From positions 150,259-214,258 of the forward strand of contig NIVC01002001.1 of NCBI GenBank assembly GCA_002269645.1: 64,000 nucleotides of DNA, in the 5' to 3' direction. Position 1 is the stretch's first letter, and every line of letters begins with the position of its first letter. This stretch comes from Macrostomum lignano (lineage: Eukaryota). The notes beneath the pieces were generated by a model that was not told where the DNA came from, searched no databases, and saw nothing but the letters and a program-made list of their open reading frames with translations. Made by a program: the position numbers and the translations under genes. Below are positions 37,583-47,689 of the stretch, one piece after another.

Positions 37583-40500
37583 TCAGGGTGGTCCGCCGGT
37601 CCGTCCTGCAGCGTGATCTTCCGTTGGGAAGAAACTGGCTCGTCTAGTCGCCCGAAGGAACTGGATGAGCCGTGGGATGCTGTCGGGCTGGCAAACCTCG
37701 TCAATGGACGGGTTCGGCCCGAGGTAGCGTAGCCGGTCTCTGTTAAAGAAAGGGCAGTGACAGACAAAGTGCTGAGCATCTTCATTGTCGCACTCGCAAA
37801 AGGGGCAAATTTCGCTCTCGAGGTCGCCTCGGAGGAAGCAGTGCCTGGCGAGGTAGCCATGGCCGGTAAGGGTCATGACAAGGGCTCGAATATCCTTCCG
37901 ATTCTGGTTCAGAAGGATGTTTCTGAGCCTGTGAGACGGGCAAGGAACCGCGGCACGAGATTGCCGGCAGTTTTGGGTGCCCGCCCATCTGTCCCTGTGG
38001 AGGGAGTCAGCCCAGTCGTCGATCTGACGATTGATGACTGTCAAGGGCATAGGGACCAGGGGGGCAGGGCCGAAAAAAGAGCCAGAGCCGCCCCTCTTGG
38101 CGAGGGTGTCTGCCAGCTCGTTCCCCGGAAACCCTGCGTGCCCTGGGATCCACTTCAGCCTGACAGTATTGCTTCTGGCCAGGAGGTTGAGCTGCCGGGC
38201 GCAGTCGGCGACTGTCCGGGAGTTCGTTGTGGTGTGGCAAAGGGCCTGTAAGGCCGCTTGGCTGTCGGAGTGGATGACAATAGTCTTTCCTCTCGTAACC
38301 TTGGCGTTTAGCTCTGCAGCGCAAGAGCTGATGGCAAGGACTTCGTTCTGGAAGACTGTGGAGAGTCTACCAGTGTGCTGGGCATGCGTGGCAATTACGC
38401 GGCCGTTGATGATGATGCAGACCCCAAAGCCGGCGCGACCGTCTTTGATGGATCCGTCCGTGTAGCAATGGACCTCCTGGAAATTCCAGTGGTCATTGGC
38501 AGCATCCCTAGAGGGGATGGTGACCTTGTAGCGCTGAAAGAGGTTGAGAGTGCGGGGTTCGCCGTCAGATAGGACGTAGAGCCCGCCGCTGTCTCTCAAG
38601 TCCTTGAGGCAGAGGTCAGCGTGGGGCAGAAGCTTGCGCTTAGCCATGGCCCTATGGGGCTGGATTCGAATGCCAGCGTCAGCTAGACGGCGGGCAGTCT
38701 TAGCCGCTTCCCTGCGGACAAAGATGTCCAGCGGAGGAATGTTGAGGAAGGCGTTGAGGCCATCGTAAGGAGCAGACGGAGGGGCGCTCATGATCGTGCG
38801 ACAAGCGCGCCCTTGCGCTCTCCTGAGAGCCTCTAGACAGGTCTTTATCTGCAGGGCGCTAGCCCAGATCAGGCCGCCATACGAGATAGCGGGCCTAACC
38901 ATTGCAGTGTAGATCCACCAGAGGCGCTTGGGGGTGAGCCCCCAGGTGGTGCCGACGGCCCTGCGCAATTGCGCGAGGACTGCGAAGGCCTTTTTGGCTT
39001 TTGTTTGAACGTGGGGAGACCAGTTCAGCCTGTGGTCCAGGGTAATACCCAGACATTTAGTCTGCTTGCAGAAGGGGATTTCCCTTCCGTAAAGCGTGAG
39101 CGGCCGAATCTGCCACTTGGTCCTGCTGGTGAACATGATCGCTGCGGTCTTAGTCTCAGAGAGCCTTAAACCACAGCGGTCCGCCCATTGCTCAGCAGCG
39201 TAGATGAAGTTCTGAAGAAGGTCCCTGAGGGTATCAGGGGACGGACCAGATGCCACCGCGGTGACATCGTCCGCATATCCAACTTTCAGAATGGGGTCAG
39301 GCCGAACATCCCGGAGGAGCTCATCGATGACCATATTCCAGAGAACTGGAGACAGCACCCCACCTTGCGGGCTACCTTTGCAGACGGGGACCGTCCTCTG
39401 GTAGCCCAGCAGACTGGCGGTGGCCGTGCGATGGCTGATCATGTACATGATCCATCTGGTGAGATGTGAGTGCGTTAGCCTCTCACAAAGAGCTCTTCGG
39501 AACGCCTCAAAGAGGACGTTATCGAAGGCGCCAATGATGTCCAGGAAGATCCCCAGAGCAAAGCCACTACCAAGCACGGCCTTCTCGAGTTTATCGACCA
39601 GGACGTGCAGCGCGCTTTCAGTGGAGCGACCCGCCCGAAAAGCGTGCTGGTTCTCGCTGAGAGGTTTGTTCTTCAGCTCAACAGAGAGAAGGCGCCAAAG
39701 CACCAGTCTCTCCATCAGCTTGACCAGGGAGGAGGTCAAGCTGATCGGTCTGAAGGATTTGATAGAATGGTAGTCCGGGCGGCCTGGCTTAGGGATAAAG
39801 ATCACCTTTGCCTCGGTCCATGCCTGCGGGACATAACCAAGCGTGATGCATGCCCGAAGAAGGCTGCAAAGTTTGCGCAGGAAGCCTGGGCATTTAACCG
39901 CCTCTCTTAGAAGGGCCGGTACAATGCCGTCGGGTCCTGGGGCTTTGAAAGGCTTGAAGGAATTTGCCGCTCTCACAATGCGGTCCTCCGTGATGATAGA
40001 TGCAGCCAGCGCGTGACCTCCCTCCGAGTGATCCGGAGTGGTCTGGTTAGCTGGCTCGTTAGGGAAAAACGCAGTGAGCATTACATCAAGCGTTTCCCCT
40101 GGGTTGTCCGTGGACGTACCGTCGGTGCGTTTGACCGAGGAGAGCTTAGACATTTTGTCCAGCGTGAGCGCTTTCACAACTCTGGAGGTGGGGCGTGAGC
40201 CCTCTAGCTCCTCACAGTATTGTCGCCATTTTTGAGCCTTTGCATTCCTAACCTGCCTTTTAAACTCATGAATTGCTTCATGATAGGCGGTTTGGTCTGC
40301 AGGGCTCTTAGTTTTAGTTGCTCTGCGGTGGAGTCTCTTAGCCCTGCGACGGAGGTTGCCGAGCTCGGGATTCCACCACGGCGCCGATTTTTTCCCTTTA
40401 TAGGCTTTTAAAGGGCAGGACGCCTCAAAGGCGGCGGTTAGCGTCTCTGTCAAAACAGTCGCGCACTCATCCGCCTCTCGGCACGACGTGATCGTGAATG

Positions 40501-41287
40501 GTTGGCCAGGAGACCGATGGAATTCCTTCAGGGCGAGCCCGAAGGTTTCCCAATCAGTATTTCTGGCGTTCCGTCTCCACATAACACGAGTTGCGCTACG
40601 CGCGGCCATTAGGTTGAAGGAGATGAACTTGTGATCCGATAGTGAGGACACTGGAAGCACCCGCCACGCCCCAATACTCTGGTAGAGTCTGGGCGTTGCG
40701 AGCGTAGCGTCGATCACCTCCGACCACCGTCCGTTGTCAAAGGTAGGGGTGGACCCAGAGTTGCAGAACTCGAGGGTCGTAGAGGCAACGTAGGCTAGGA
40801 GGTCTTCGCCTCTCTGATTAATGCCAGTGCTGCCCCAGTGAGTGTGGTGGGCGTTGATGTCGCCGGCAACCATGAGCTCGTAGTTTTTGGCAGAGCAGAG
40901 CTCTACCAGCGTAGCGAGGGCTCTGGGGACGACCGCAGCATCGCCTGGTAGGTAAACCGAGGCAATGAGGGTGGTCTTCCCAGGAAGAAGGTCCTCGGAT
41001 TGGATGACGCAGATGTCCCTGTTGGACAGGTCCGATCTGAGCCACGCACTGAGCGTTTTGCTCGCAAAGATGCAAGCTCTGGGAGGCTGGTTGGCCTCGC
41101 GAGGGTAAGTATAAAAACAATTGTAGCCAGCAGGGGCGTTTTGAGGCTTACCTCTGAGAGTCCAGGGTTCCTGGACGAGGATGAGCCCCGGCTTGTCGAG
41201 CTCGGCGTAACGCATAAGGTTGACCGAGGCTACGACGCAGTGCTGCAGATTAATCTGCAGGCAATGGATTCCCTGGTTGCTGATCAT
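37583..41287 (-). CDS. LINE ORF2: APE endonuclease, reverse transcriptase, RNase H, C-terminal CCHC
   Basis: Motifs LQINLQHC, LVQEPW, AGDINAHH, SDHK (APE); FRPISLTS, GSPQGGVLSP, YADD (RT); YTDGS, DSQAAL, WIPGHAG..GNELAD (RNase H); CPFC..EDAQHFVCHC. The first ATG at 41287 sits 2 nt after the ORF1 stop (TGA-TA-ATG). Confidence 0.95.
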   Translation of the reverse strand: MISNQGIHCLQINLQHCVVASVNLMRYAELDKPGLILVQEPWTLRGKPQNAPAGYNCFYTYPREANQPPRACIFASKTLSAWLRSDLSNRDICVIQSEDLLPGKTTLIASVYLPGDAAVVPRALATLVELCSAKNYELMVAGDINAHHTHWGSTGINQRGEDLLAYVASTTLEFCNSGSTPTFDNGRWSEVIDATLATPRLYQSIGAWRVLPVSSLSDHKFISFNLMAARSATRVMWRRNARNTDWETFGLALKEFHRSPGQPFTITSCREADECATVLTETLTAAFEASCPLKAYKGKKSAPWWNPELGNLRRRAKRLHRRATKTKSPADQTAYHEAIHEFKRQVRNAKAQKWRQYCEELEGSRPTSRVVKALTLDKMSKLSSVKRTDGTSTDNPGETLDVMLTAFFPNEPANQTTPDHSEGGHALAASIITEDRIVRAANSFKPFKAPGPDGIVPALLREAVKCPGFLRKLCSLLRACITLGYVPQAWTEAKVIFIPKPGRPDYHSIKSFRPISLTSSLVKLMERLVLWRLLSVELKNKPLSENQHAFRAGRSTESALHVLVDKLEKAVLGSGFALGIFLDIIGAFDNVLFEAFRRALCERLTHSHLTRWIMYMISHRTATASLLGYQRTVPVCKGSPQGGVLSPVLWNMVIDELLRDVRPDPILKVGYADDVTAVASGPSPDTLRDLLQNFIYAAEQWADRCGLRLSETKTAAIMFTSRTKWQIRPLTLYGREIPFCKQTKCLGITLDHRLNWSPHVQTKAKKAFAVLAQLRRAVGTTWGLTPKRLWWIYTAMVRPAISYGGLIWASALQIKTCLEALRRAQGRACRTIMSAPPSAPYDGLNAFLNIPPLDIFVRREAAKTARRLADAGIRIQPHRAMAKRKLLPHADLCLKDLRDSGGLYVLSDGEPRTLNLFQRYKVTIPSRDAANDHWNFQEVHCYTDGSIKDGRAGFGVCIIINGRVIATHAQHTGRLSTVFQNEVLAISSCAAELNAKVTRGKTIVIHSDSQAALQALCHTTTNSRTVADCARQLNLLARSNTVRLKWIPGHAGFPGNELADTLAKRGGSGSFFGPAPLVPMPLTVINRQIDDWADSLHRDRWAGTQNCRQSRAAVPCPSHRLRNILLNQNRKDIRALVMTLTGHGYLARHCFLRGDLESEICPFCECDNEDAQHFVCHCPFFNRDRLRYLGPNPSIDEVCQPDSIPRLIQFLRATRRASFFPTEDHAAGRTGGPP

Positions 41288-41289
41288 TA

Positions 41290-42035
41290 TCACGCAGTTG
41301 GGGAATCGTTGAGCAGGTCATCCTCCTCCTTTTCAGTGGTGGGTGACCCGCAGACCTCCATGGGAGTTTCAGCGTCCTCAGCAGTTAGGGTGGCTGTGGA
41401 GTCCTCCGCGGACGTGAGCCCAGCGTGGACGTTACCGTCGCCTCTCCTGCGTGCTTCGGTGCTGTCACTGCCCGTCCCCTCTGCCTCGTCGGTCAGGTCG
41501 ATGCGGGTGGCGCCAGCCTCCTGGTGAGTCACAGACTCGAACCAGTCGGTCGGAGCCTCCCCGCTTAGAGTCTGGCCTTCTGGCTGTTGGGGTGGAGCGC
41601 GAGAAGCGCGGGCCCGCTCACGATGCGCACGAAGGTTCTTGGCCTGGTCCAGCGCGCGCTGGATCAGGCCGGACCTCCGGGTGCTCCTGGCGGGTCTGCG
41701 ATTGCGATTTCCGGTTTCAGCAGCGCGAACTGCCTTACCGGGCATAGGATCGGCCGTTTGCCTCGGCTTCTTTGCCGGAGGAGCCTGGGCCCCAGTTCCG
41801 GTTTCGGAAGCTTTGGCATTCTTGGCTTCATCAGCTTTCCGCTCCTCGCAACGGAGGATGGTCAGCTGAGTCAGACCAATATGAATTGTGGACTTAGGCG
41901 GCAAGCGCTTAGCCCAGTCATCAGAGAGCCCTAGGATCACCGTAGCCCCCTTCTCCTTGCGGGAAGTGGCGTGGTGTAGGAGCCCGTTGACCTTAAGGTC
42001 GGGGTGCAGCTTTAGCAATATTTGCCTAAGCTGAT
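41290..42035 (-). CDS. LINE ORF1 C-terminal fragment (5'-truncated)
   Basis: The frame is open to the insertion junction and no zinc knuckle is visible. The N-terminal part resembles the DUF4780-type ORF1 of LOA elements (recalled similarity, not searched). Confidence 0.75.
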
Positions 42036-42739
42036 CTTCATCTTCCCGGACACCTCACTGTCTTCCCTGACACCTCACTGTCTTCCCTGACACCTCACTG
42101 TCTTCCCTGACACCCCATTATCTTCCCTGACACTTCACTTTTTCCCTGACACCCCACTGTCTTTCCTGACACCCTCACTGTCTTCCCTGACACCTCACTG
42201 TCTTCCCTGACACCTCACTGTCTTCCCTGACACCTCACTGTCTTCCCTGACACCTCACTGTCTTCCCTGACACCTCACTGTCTTCCTTGACACCTCACTG
42301 TCTTCCCTGACACCTCACTGTCTTCCCTGACACCTCACTGTCTTTCCTGACACCCAACTGTCTTCCCTGACACCTAACTGTCTTCACTGATACTTCACTG
42401 TCTTCCCTGACACCCCATTATCTTCCCTGACACCTCACTTTTTCACTGACACTTCACTGTCTTACTTGACACCCTTTCAACACCCTGTCAAGTGAAGTCA
42501 CTATTTCGAAATGCTGCTATAAGTAGTCTGTATGGTGTATGGACGGAAAGATCCAAGCTAATAAAATTGAGTAAAGGCTTTACTCTTTCGAATGCGAAAT
42601 TAATCAAGCTCGTAATCAACAGAACAGCGTGAGTGCACAGCGGTCTGCAGGAATAATAAGCAATTGCATATTCGTCCAGTACAGGCATCCATCACAGCCG
42701 AACTCCGAACCTCCATTGGGCACAAAAACTAAGCAGCAG

Positions 42740-42939
42740 TGTAATATTTTATTCCTTGCCTTAGAGGCAGTCTAAACTGTTAGCAATCATGACAAATAAT
42801 TAGCTGAATCATCGTATTGATTTAATGTACGTTCGCTCTCTATGTACATCGCAGGCTTAACTTCAACTTGCATAAATAAAGCGATCACTGCCTCACGGGG
42901 CCTTCGTGTTTTTGGTGCTGCCAAATACCGCGTGTTACA
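42740..42939 (+). repeat. 5' LTR
   Basis: tgtaa...ttaca, with 3 mismatches to the 3' LTR and an internal AATAAA. Confidence 0.96.
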
Positions 42940-42941
42940 AG

Positions 42942-42952
42942 TGGTAGCAGAG
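42942..42952 (+). other. Primer binding site complementary to the initiator tRNA-Met 3' end
   Basis: tggtagcagag, 2 nt after the LTR, is complementary to the ...CUCUGCUACCA end of animal tRNAi-Met. Confidence 0.85.
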
Positions 42953-42958
42953 TGTACT

Positions 42959-43750
42959 ATGGCAGAGGGCGGCAGTCACCGTGCGATTCCTAGGGCGTTC
43001 AGCTCAGGCAACTTTAAGGAGTGGCTCCAGCGGTTTGAGCTGTGCGCGGCAGCCAACAAGTGGGTAAATGACAAGCATTTGCACCTGCCAACGTTTTTGG
43101 ATGGTGAGGCTCTGGCTGTTTTTCTTGAGCTCGACGAGAATAGCGAGAGCGACTACAGCAAAGTGACCAAAGCTCTGAGCCAGGCATTTCACCCGGACAG
43201 CCAGAAATTCTCAGCGCTGGATGCATTTGAGAGCCGGAAGCTGCTGCCGGGCGAATCTCCTCGGCTCTTTCTCTATCACCTGAAGCAGCTGCTAAAGGAC
43301 GCGGGCATCAGCGAGGCAGGCGCAACGGCCACCATGCTGACTCACCAGTTCATCCGCGGACTGCCGGAGGACATCAGCAAGCAGATCAGAGCGGACGCGT
43401 CAGCCAAGACCGTGAGTGACGCTCTCGCACGGGCACAACTGCTACTGGAGCTGCCTTCTGCCACCACGGACGGATTCAAGCAGCCTCTTGCAGCGGCAGC
43501 CGGAGCTGCAGGCAGCGCGGAGACTGCAGAACTGCGGGCTGCGGTCAGCTCGCTGCAGGCGACCGTCCAAGACCTGGCGTCGAAGCTGGGCTCAGAGGTT
43601 TCGGACTCCTGCGCGATTCGCAGTGCGAGGAGACAGCGCGAGGTGACCTGCTGGAACTGCCACCGCCGCGGTCACATCGCCAGGAACTGCAATCAGCCGT
43701 CGGGAAACGGCACAGGCCGGGGCAGAGCCCGCACCCCTGGCCAGTTCTGA
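42959..43750 (+). CDS. gag: Gag with CCHC zinc knuckle
   Basis: MAEGGSHRAIPRAF...CWNCHRRGHIARNC, 263 aa. The ORF-track start at 42842 lies inside the LTR. Confidence 0.9.
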   Translation: MAEGGSHRAIPRAFSSGNFKEWLQRFELCAAANKWVNDKHLHLPTFLDGEALAVFLELDENSESDYSKVTKALSQAFHPDSQKFSALDAFESRKLLPGESPRLFLYHLKQLLKDAGISEAGATATMLTHQFIRGLPEDISKQIRADASAKTVSDALARAQLLLELPSATTDGFKQPLAAAAGAAGSAETAELRAAVSSLQATVQDLASKLGSEVSDSCAIRSARRQREVTCWNCHRRGHIARNCNQPSGNGTGRGRARTPGQF

Positions 43751-43758
43751 GCGCGGGC
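43702..43758 (+). promoter_or_regulatory. -1 programmed ribosomal frameshift signal (G_GGA_AAC plus H-type pseudoknot)
   Basis: The heptamer at 43702-43708 is in gag phase, followed by a 6-nt spacer. Stem 1 is 43715-43722 with 43735-43742; stem 2 is 43727-43732 with 43753-43758. The pol frame is -1 and open across the site. Confidence 0.85.
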
Positions 43759-43764
43759 CCCAGC

Positions 43765-46700
43765 GTGAGTGGGTTGTTCCTGGGCGCAGAGGGGAGCGGT
43801 GCAGCCAGCAGCAGCGCAGCGGCAGTCGTCATCAGGCCGAACTCGGCGACATCCAAGCTGCAGTGCAGGATCGAAGGCGCGGACGTCACGGCGCTTATCG
43901 ACTCAGGCAGCCAGGTGTCAATCGTGGACAAGCGGGTCCTGCAGAGCATGCGGCCAGCTCAGCTGGAGAGCGTGCACCTGGAGCTGCGGGCAGTCAACCA
44001 GCAAGCGGTGCCGGTGCGGCAGGTGGCCAGCCTGGCGGTGTCGCTCGGTGGCATCGAGCGGCGGCACCCGTTTTACGTGTCTGAAGGTCTGGTTGCTGCC
44101 GTCATCATTGGGCTGGACTTCATCAAGGCCTGCAACATGTGCCTGGACTTCAGCGACAGTGCAGCAGAGACCCCATCAAAGGACTCTTGTGTGATCAACG
44201 GCGTGAGTCACCTCGATGCTGACAGTCAGCTCGAGGACATTGAAGAGAAGCTGGTGCCGGATTTTACCAAGGAGGAGATCGACCTGCCAGTCGCGGAGGA
44301 CCCGGACATCCGAGCTTTGGTGCGCGAGTTCAGCGACATTTTCACCAGGCGGCCAGGGCTGACGGATCGACACGAGCACAGCATCCCGCTGACTGACGAT
44401 GTCCCGGTGCGGATTCCGCCGAGGAAGCTGCCGGTGCACTGGGAGCCCGAGGTGAGGAAGTTGATTCAGGAGCTGCTGGACAATGACGTCATCGAGGAGT
44501 CGGACAGCCCGTACGTGGCGACCCCAGTGTACGTGCGGAAGAAGAACGGTGACCTGCGGTTGACGATCGATTACCGCGAGCTGAACAAGAAGACGGTGCG
44601 GTCAGCGCAGGGCATTCCGCAGATGGACTTCGTCAAGGACAAGTTGGCTGGCAACGAGATTTTCTCGGTGATCGACCTGAACGGCGGCTACTTCCAAATT
44701 CCGATGAAGCCGGAAGACAAGCAGAAGACGGCCTTCAGCCCAGGGCCCGGAATGCCGCTGTACCAGTTCAAGCGGATGCCGCAGGGCGTCTGCGGCGGCC
44801 CGAGCTCGTTCACCATCCTAATGAACCGCGTGTTCAAAGGCGCCGCGCAGACCTTCACCTACATGGACGACACGCTGTGCTTCTCCAGATCGAAGGCTGA
44901 GCATCTCCGGCACCTGCGAGAAGTCTTCGAGAAGATCAGAGGCGCTGGGCTCACCGTCCGAGGCAGCAAGTGCCAGCTAGGCCTGCCGGAGGTCACTTTT
45001 CTCGGCACCGTGTTCTCGGCTAAGGGTGCCACCGTGAGCCCTGAGAAGGTGCGCGCTATCCAGGAGTGGCCGATACCGCATTCGCCAACGCAGGTGCGGC
45101 AGTTCCTGGGCCTCTGCAACCAGTACAGGAAGTACGTGCCGAGCTTCTCCGACATCGCCGGGCCGCTGCACAGACTGACGAGCAAAACAGAGAAGTTCGA
45201 GTGGACCAGCGAGTGCGGCACGGCATTCCGACGTCTCAAGGAGGCCCTGCAGCAGCCGCCGATCATCGGCCACCCGGATTTCTCCAAGGAGTTCCAGCTC
45301 TACACAGATGCCAGCAACACCGGAGTCGGCATCGTGCTCAAGCAAGGAGACCAGGTGATTGAGTACTGCAGCAGAGCGCTTACGGCTCCGGAGAAGGGCT
45401 ACTCAACTGTCGAGAAGGAGTGCCTGGCTATCCTGCACGCCCTGAAGACCTACAGGCACTACCTGCTTGGCCGGCACTTCACGGTCTTCACCGACCACTG
45501 CCCGCTCACGTTTTTGAATTCTCAGCGGGTCGACAGCCATGGCCGGCTTTGGCGCTGGCGGTTGCTGCTGCAGGAGTTCACCTTCACGATCAAGTATACC
45601 AAGGGCGTCGACAACGTGGAGGCGGACGGCCTGTCCAGGATGCACGAAAGCCACGGCGAGGTGATCGGAGCGTCGGCAACGGAGCTACAGCCGAAGGTGT
45701 CCAATCAGGAGATGCGGCAGGCGCAACTTGCCGATCCGAAGCTCAAGCTGGTCCTCGCGGCGCTGGAGAAGGACAGCACGACGCCACCAAGATGGTCGGA
45801 CACCAGCCTGAGACACCTCAGCCGCATCTGGCGGAAGCTGAGGATCCAAGATGGCTTTCTCTGCCGGGCATTCAACGACGCCGCAGGACCGAGAGACGTT
45901 CCTGTGATTCCGGAGTCGCTGCGGCGCCAGTTCCTGACCGACTTCCACGAAGGCATCGGCGGCCACTTCGGGCCAGAGAAGATGGCCGATACGCTAAAGC
46001 AGGCCGCGTACTGGCCGGGACTGCAGAGCGACGTGGTGAGTTTCTGCCAGGAGTGCCAGACCTGCCAACTAAAGAAGGCGCAGCAGCGCCCCGCGGCCCC
46101 ACTTGGAGAGATGCCGATCGGCAAGCCCTGGCAGACTGTGGCCATCGACGTGCTGAAGGTGCCGCTGTCAGACCGCGGCAACAGCTACCTGCTGGTGATG
46201 CAGGACCAGTTCTCCAAGTTCCTGACCGCCATGCCGATGCCAGACCAGACTGCCAAGACCATCGCGGACGCTGCAGTCAAGGTTTTCTCGCTGTTCGGAG
46301 TTCCATCGGTCATCCACTCGGATCAGGGCGCGAACTTCGAGAGCGAGCTGTTCCAGGAGACGCTGCGAGCGCTGGGTATCAGGAAGACGCGCACATCGCC
46401 CTACCATCCGCAGGGAAACGGCCTTGTGGAGCGCGGCAACAAGTCGCTGTTGCAACTGCTGCGGCTGTTCACCGAGAGTGAGTCCAGCTGGGAGGAGCAG
46501 CTGCCGCTGGTGGTCCTGTCCTACAACTCCAGGGTCCACAGCTCAACCAAGGTGACGTCGCTGACTGTGATGACCGGCCGCGACCCGCAGCTTCCACCAC
46601 AGGTGCAGGCCAGCGAGCAGCAGTATGACATCGGCACCTACTCGGCGCTGCTGGAGCGTCGGTTGGCCCGCATTCGCGAGTTCGTTGAGGAAAACCTGGT

Positions 46701-47073
46701 GGCCGCCGGACAGCAACAGAAGGCGGCGCACGACAAGAAGGCGTCGGACCTGCCGCAGTTTCCGCAAGGCACCGAGGTGTTGCTCAGCATCGAGATGCGG
46801 CGATCGAAGCTGGCGCCGTACTGGGAGCCGGGCTGGACGGTGCTCGAGCAGCGCGGCCACTCGGTGCGCATCCGCCGCGCCTTCGGCATTCGGCCGGTCC
46901 GCTGGGTGCACGTGAACCGGCTGCGCAGGCGGCTCGCAGCCCAGGCCGATGCGGAGCAGCTCCGCGAGCAGCCGGTGACCCACGAGGTCGCCCCGGAGTC
47001 GAGCCAGGCCGAGCGGCGGTACCCGGCCAGGGTGCGGCGCCCTCCGGACTACCTCGGTGTGAGCGCTGAGTGA
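43765..47073 (+). CDS. pol: Pol polyprotein (protease, RT, RNase H, integrase), probably made as Gag-Pol from ~43708
   Basis: ALIDSGSQVSI (PR), YMDD (RT), LYTDAS (RH), GGHFG..CQECQTC and a DDE core (IN). No internal stops. Confidence 0.95.
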   Translation: MSGLFLGAEGSGAASSSAAAVVIRPNSATSKLQCRIEGADVTALIDSGSQVSIVDKRVLQSMRPAQLESVHLELRAVNQQAVPVRQVASLAVSLGGIERRHPFYVSEGLVAAVIIGLDFIKACNMCLDFSDSAAETPSKDSCVINGVSHLDADSQLEDIEEKLVPDFTKEEIDLPVAEDPDIRALVREFSDIFTRRPGLTDRHEHSIPLTDDVPVRIPPRKLPVHWEPEVRKLIQELLDNDVIEESDSPYVATPVYVRKKNGDLRLTIDYRELNKKTVRSAQGIPQMDFVKDKLAGNEIFSVIDLNGGYFQIPMKPEDKQKTAFSPGPGMPLYQFKRMPQGVCGGPSSFTILMNRVFKGAAQTFTYMDDTLCFSRSKAEHLRHLREVFEKIRGAGLTVRGSKCQLGLPEVTFLGTVFSAKGATVSPEKVRAIQEWPIPHSPTQVRQFLGLCNQYRKYVPSFSDIAGPLHRLTSKTEKFEWTSECGTAFRRLKEALQQPPIIGHPDFSKEFQLYTDASNTGVGIVLKQGDQVIEYCSRALTAPEKGYSTVEKECLAILHALKTYRHYLLGRHFTVFTDHCPLTFLNSQRVDSHGRLWRWRLLLQEFTFTIKYTKGVDNVEADGLSRMHESHGEVIGASATELQPKVSNQEMRQAQLADPKLKLVLAALEKDSTTPPRWSDTSLRHLSRIWRKLRIQDGFLCRAFNDAAGPRDVPVIPESLRRQFLTDFHEGIGGHFGPEKMADTLKQAAYWPGLQSDVVSFCQECQTCQLKKAQQRPAAPLGEMPIGKPWQTVAIDVLKVPLSDRGNSYLLVMQDQFSKFLTAMPMPDQTAKTIADAAVKVFSLFGVPSVIHSDQGANFESELFQETLRALGIRKTRTSPYHPQGNGLVERGNKSLLQLLRLFTESESSWEEQLPLVVLSYNSRVHSSTKVTSLTVMTGRDPQLPPQVQASEQQYDIGTYSALLERRLARIREFVEENLVAAGQQQKAAHDKKASDLPQFPQGTEVLLSIEMRRSKLAPYWEPGWTVLEQRGHSVRIRRAFGIRPVRWVHVNRLRRRLAAQADAEQLREQPVTHEVAPESSQAERRYPARVRRPPDYLGVSAE

Positions 47074-47202
47074 CTGAGGCCATGGACTGTCAGAGACTGT
47101 GATTGAACCGATTTTACTGTCTGCGTTCCTCTTTTTACTCTACATTTCGCTAGCTGTGTCTCACTCTCATCTTTTTATTCCCTGTCGCTATGCTCCTTTT
47201 GT

Positions 47203-47212
47203 GGGGGAGAAA
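47203..47212 (+). other. Polypurine tract
   Basis: gggggagaaa lies directly before the 3' LTR. Confidence 0.88.
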
Positions 47213-47412
47213 TGTAAGATTTTATTCCTTGCCTTAGAGGCAGTCTGAACTGTTAGCAATCGTGACAAATAATTAGCTGAATCATCGTATTGATTTAATG
47301 TACGTTCGCTCTCTATGTACATCGCAGGCTTAACTTCAACTTGCATAAATAAAGCGATCACTGCCTCACGGGGCCTTCGTGTTTTTGGTGCTGCCAAATA
47401 CCGCGTGTTACA
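47213..47412 (+). repeat. 3' LTR
   Basis: 200-bp copy of the 5' LTR. Confidence 0.96.
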
Positions 47413-47689
47413 GCAGCATGGCCTACATGTAGCAATTCTTTTAGTGTGCTTATTTAGCTAATTCAGTAAAAGCCTGAGCTCTTCATCTTAGAATTGAGTG
47501 TAGTGTAATAACTGGGTTATAATAACTGGGTAATTACAATTTCTACAATTCCTTTCCTGCTACGAGCTACTTTTCAACAATGCAGCCACTATCATTCGGC
47601 TCACTGAAGCTTGATTAATTATGTTGTTGGGGCAAGATTAAATGATGGATCTACTTGCATCTACATGTAGGTTGTCATCTAAAGCGATT

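Larger units (their letters stand above)
37476..42035 (-). mobile_element. 5'-truncated non-LTR retrotransposon (I group, LOA/R1-like) with intact ORF2
   Basis: ORF1 is open through the 5' junction and ORF2 is complete, followed by a ~107-nt 3' UTR ending ...gctaagtcaaagtaa. Identical 56-bp flanks lie at 37420-37475 and 42036-42091. Confidence 0.93.
37307..42475. repeat. 20-bp minisatellite (cttccctgacacctcactgt) split by a LINE into 37307-37475 and 42036-42475
   Basis: The same unit is present on both sides of the LINE. Confidence 0.92.
42740..47412 (+). mobile_element. Full-length Ty3/Gypsy LTR retrotransposon (4673 bp, no env)
   Basis: 200-bp TG..CA LTRs, 4-bp TSD gcag (42736-42739 and 47413-47416), PBS, PPT, and intact gag and pol in PR-RT-RH-IN order. 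Confidence 0.97.

Noticed and set aside
37757-47083. Many overlapping or antisense ORFs within the LINE and Gypsy elements
   Set aside because: They are expected shadows of GC-rich coding sequence and show no independent motifs.
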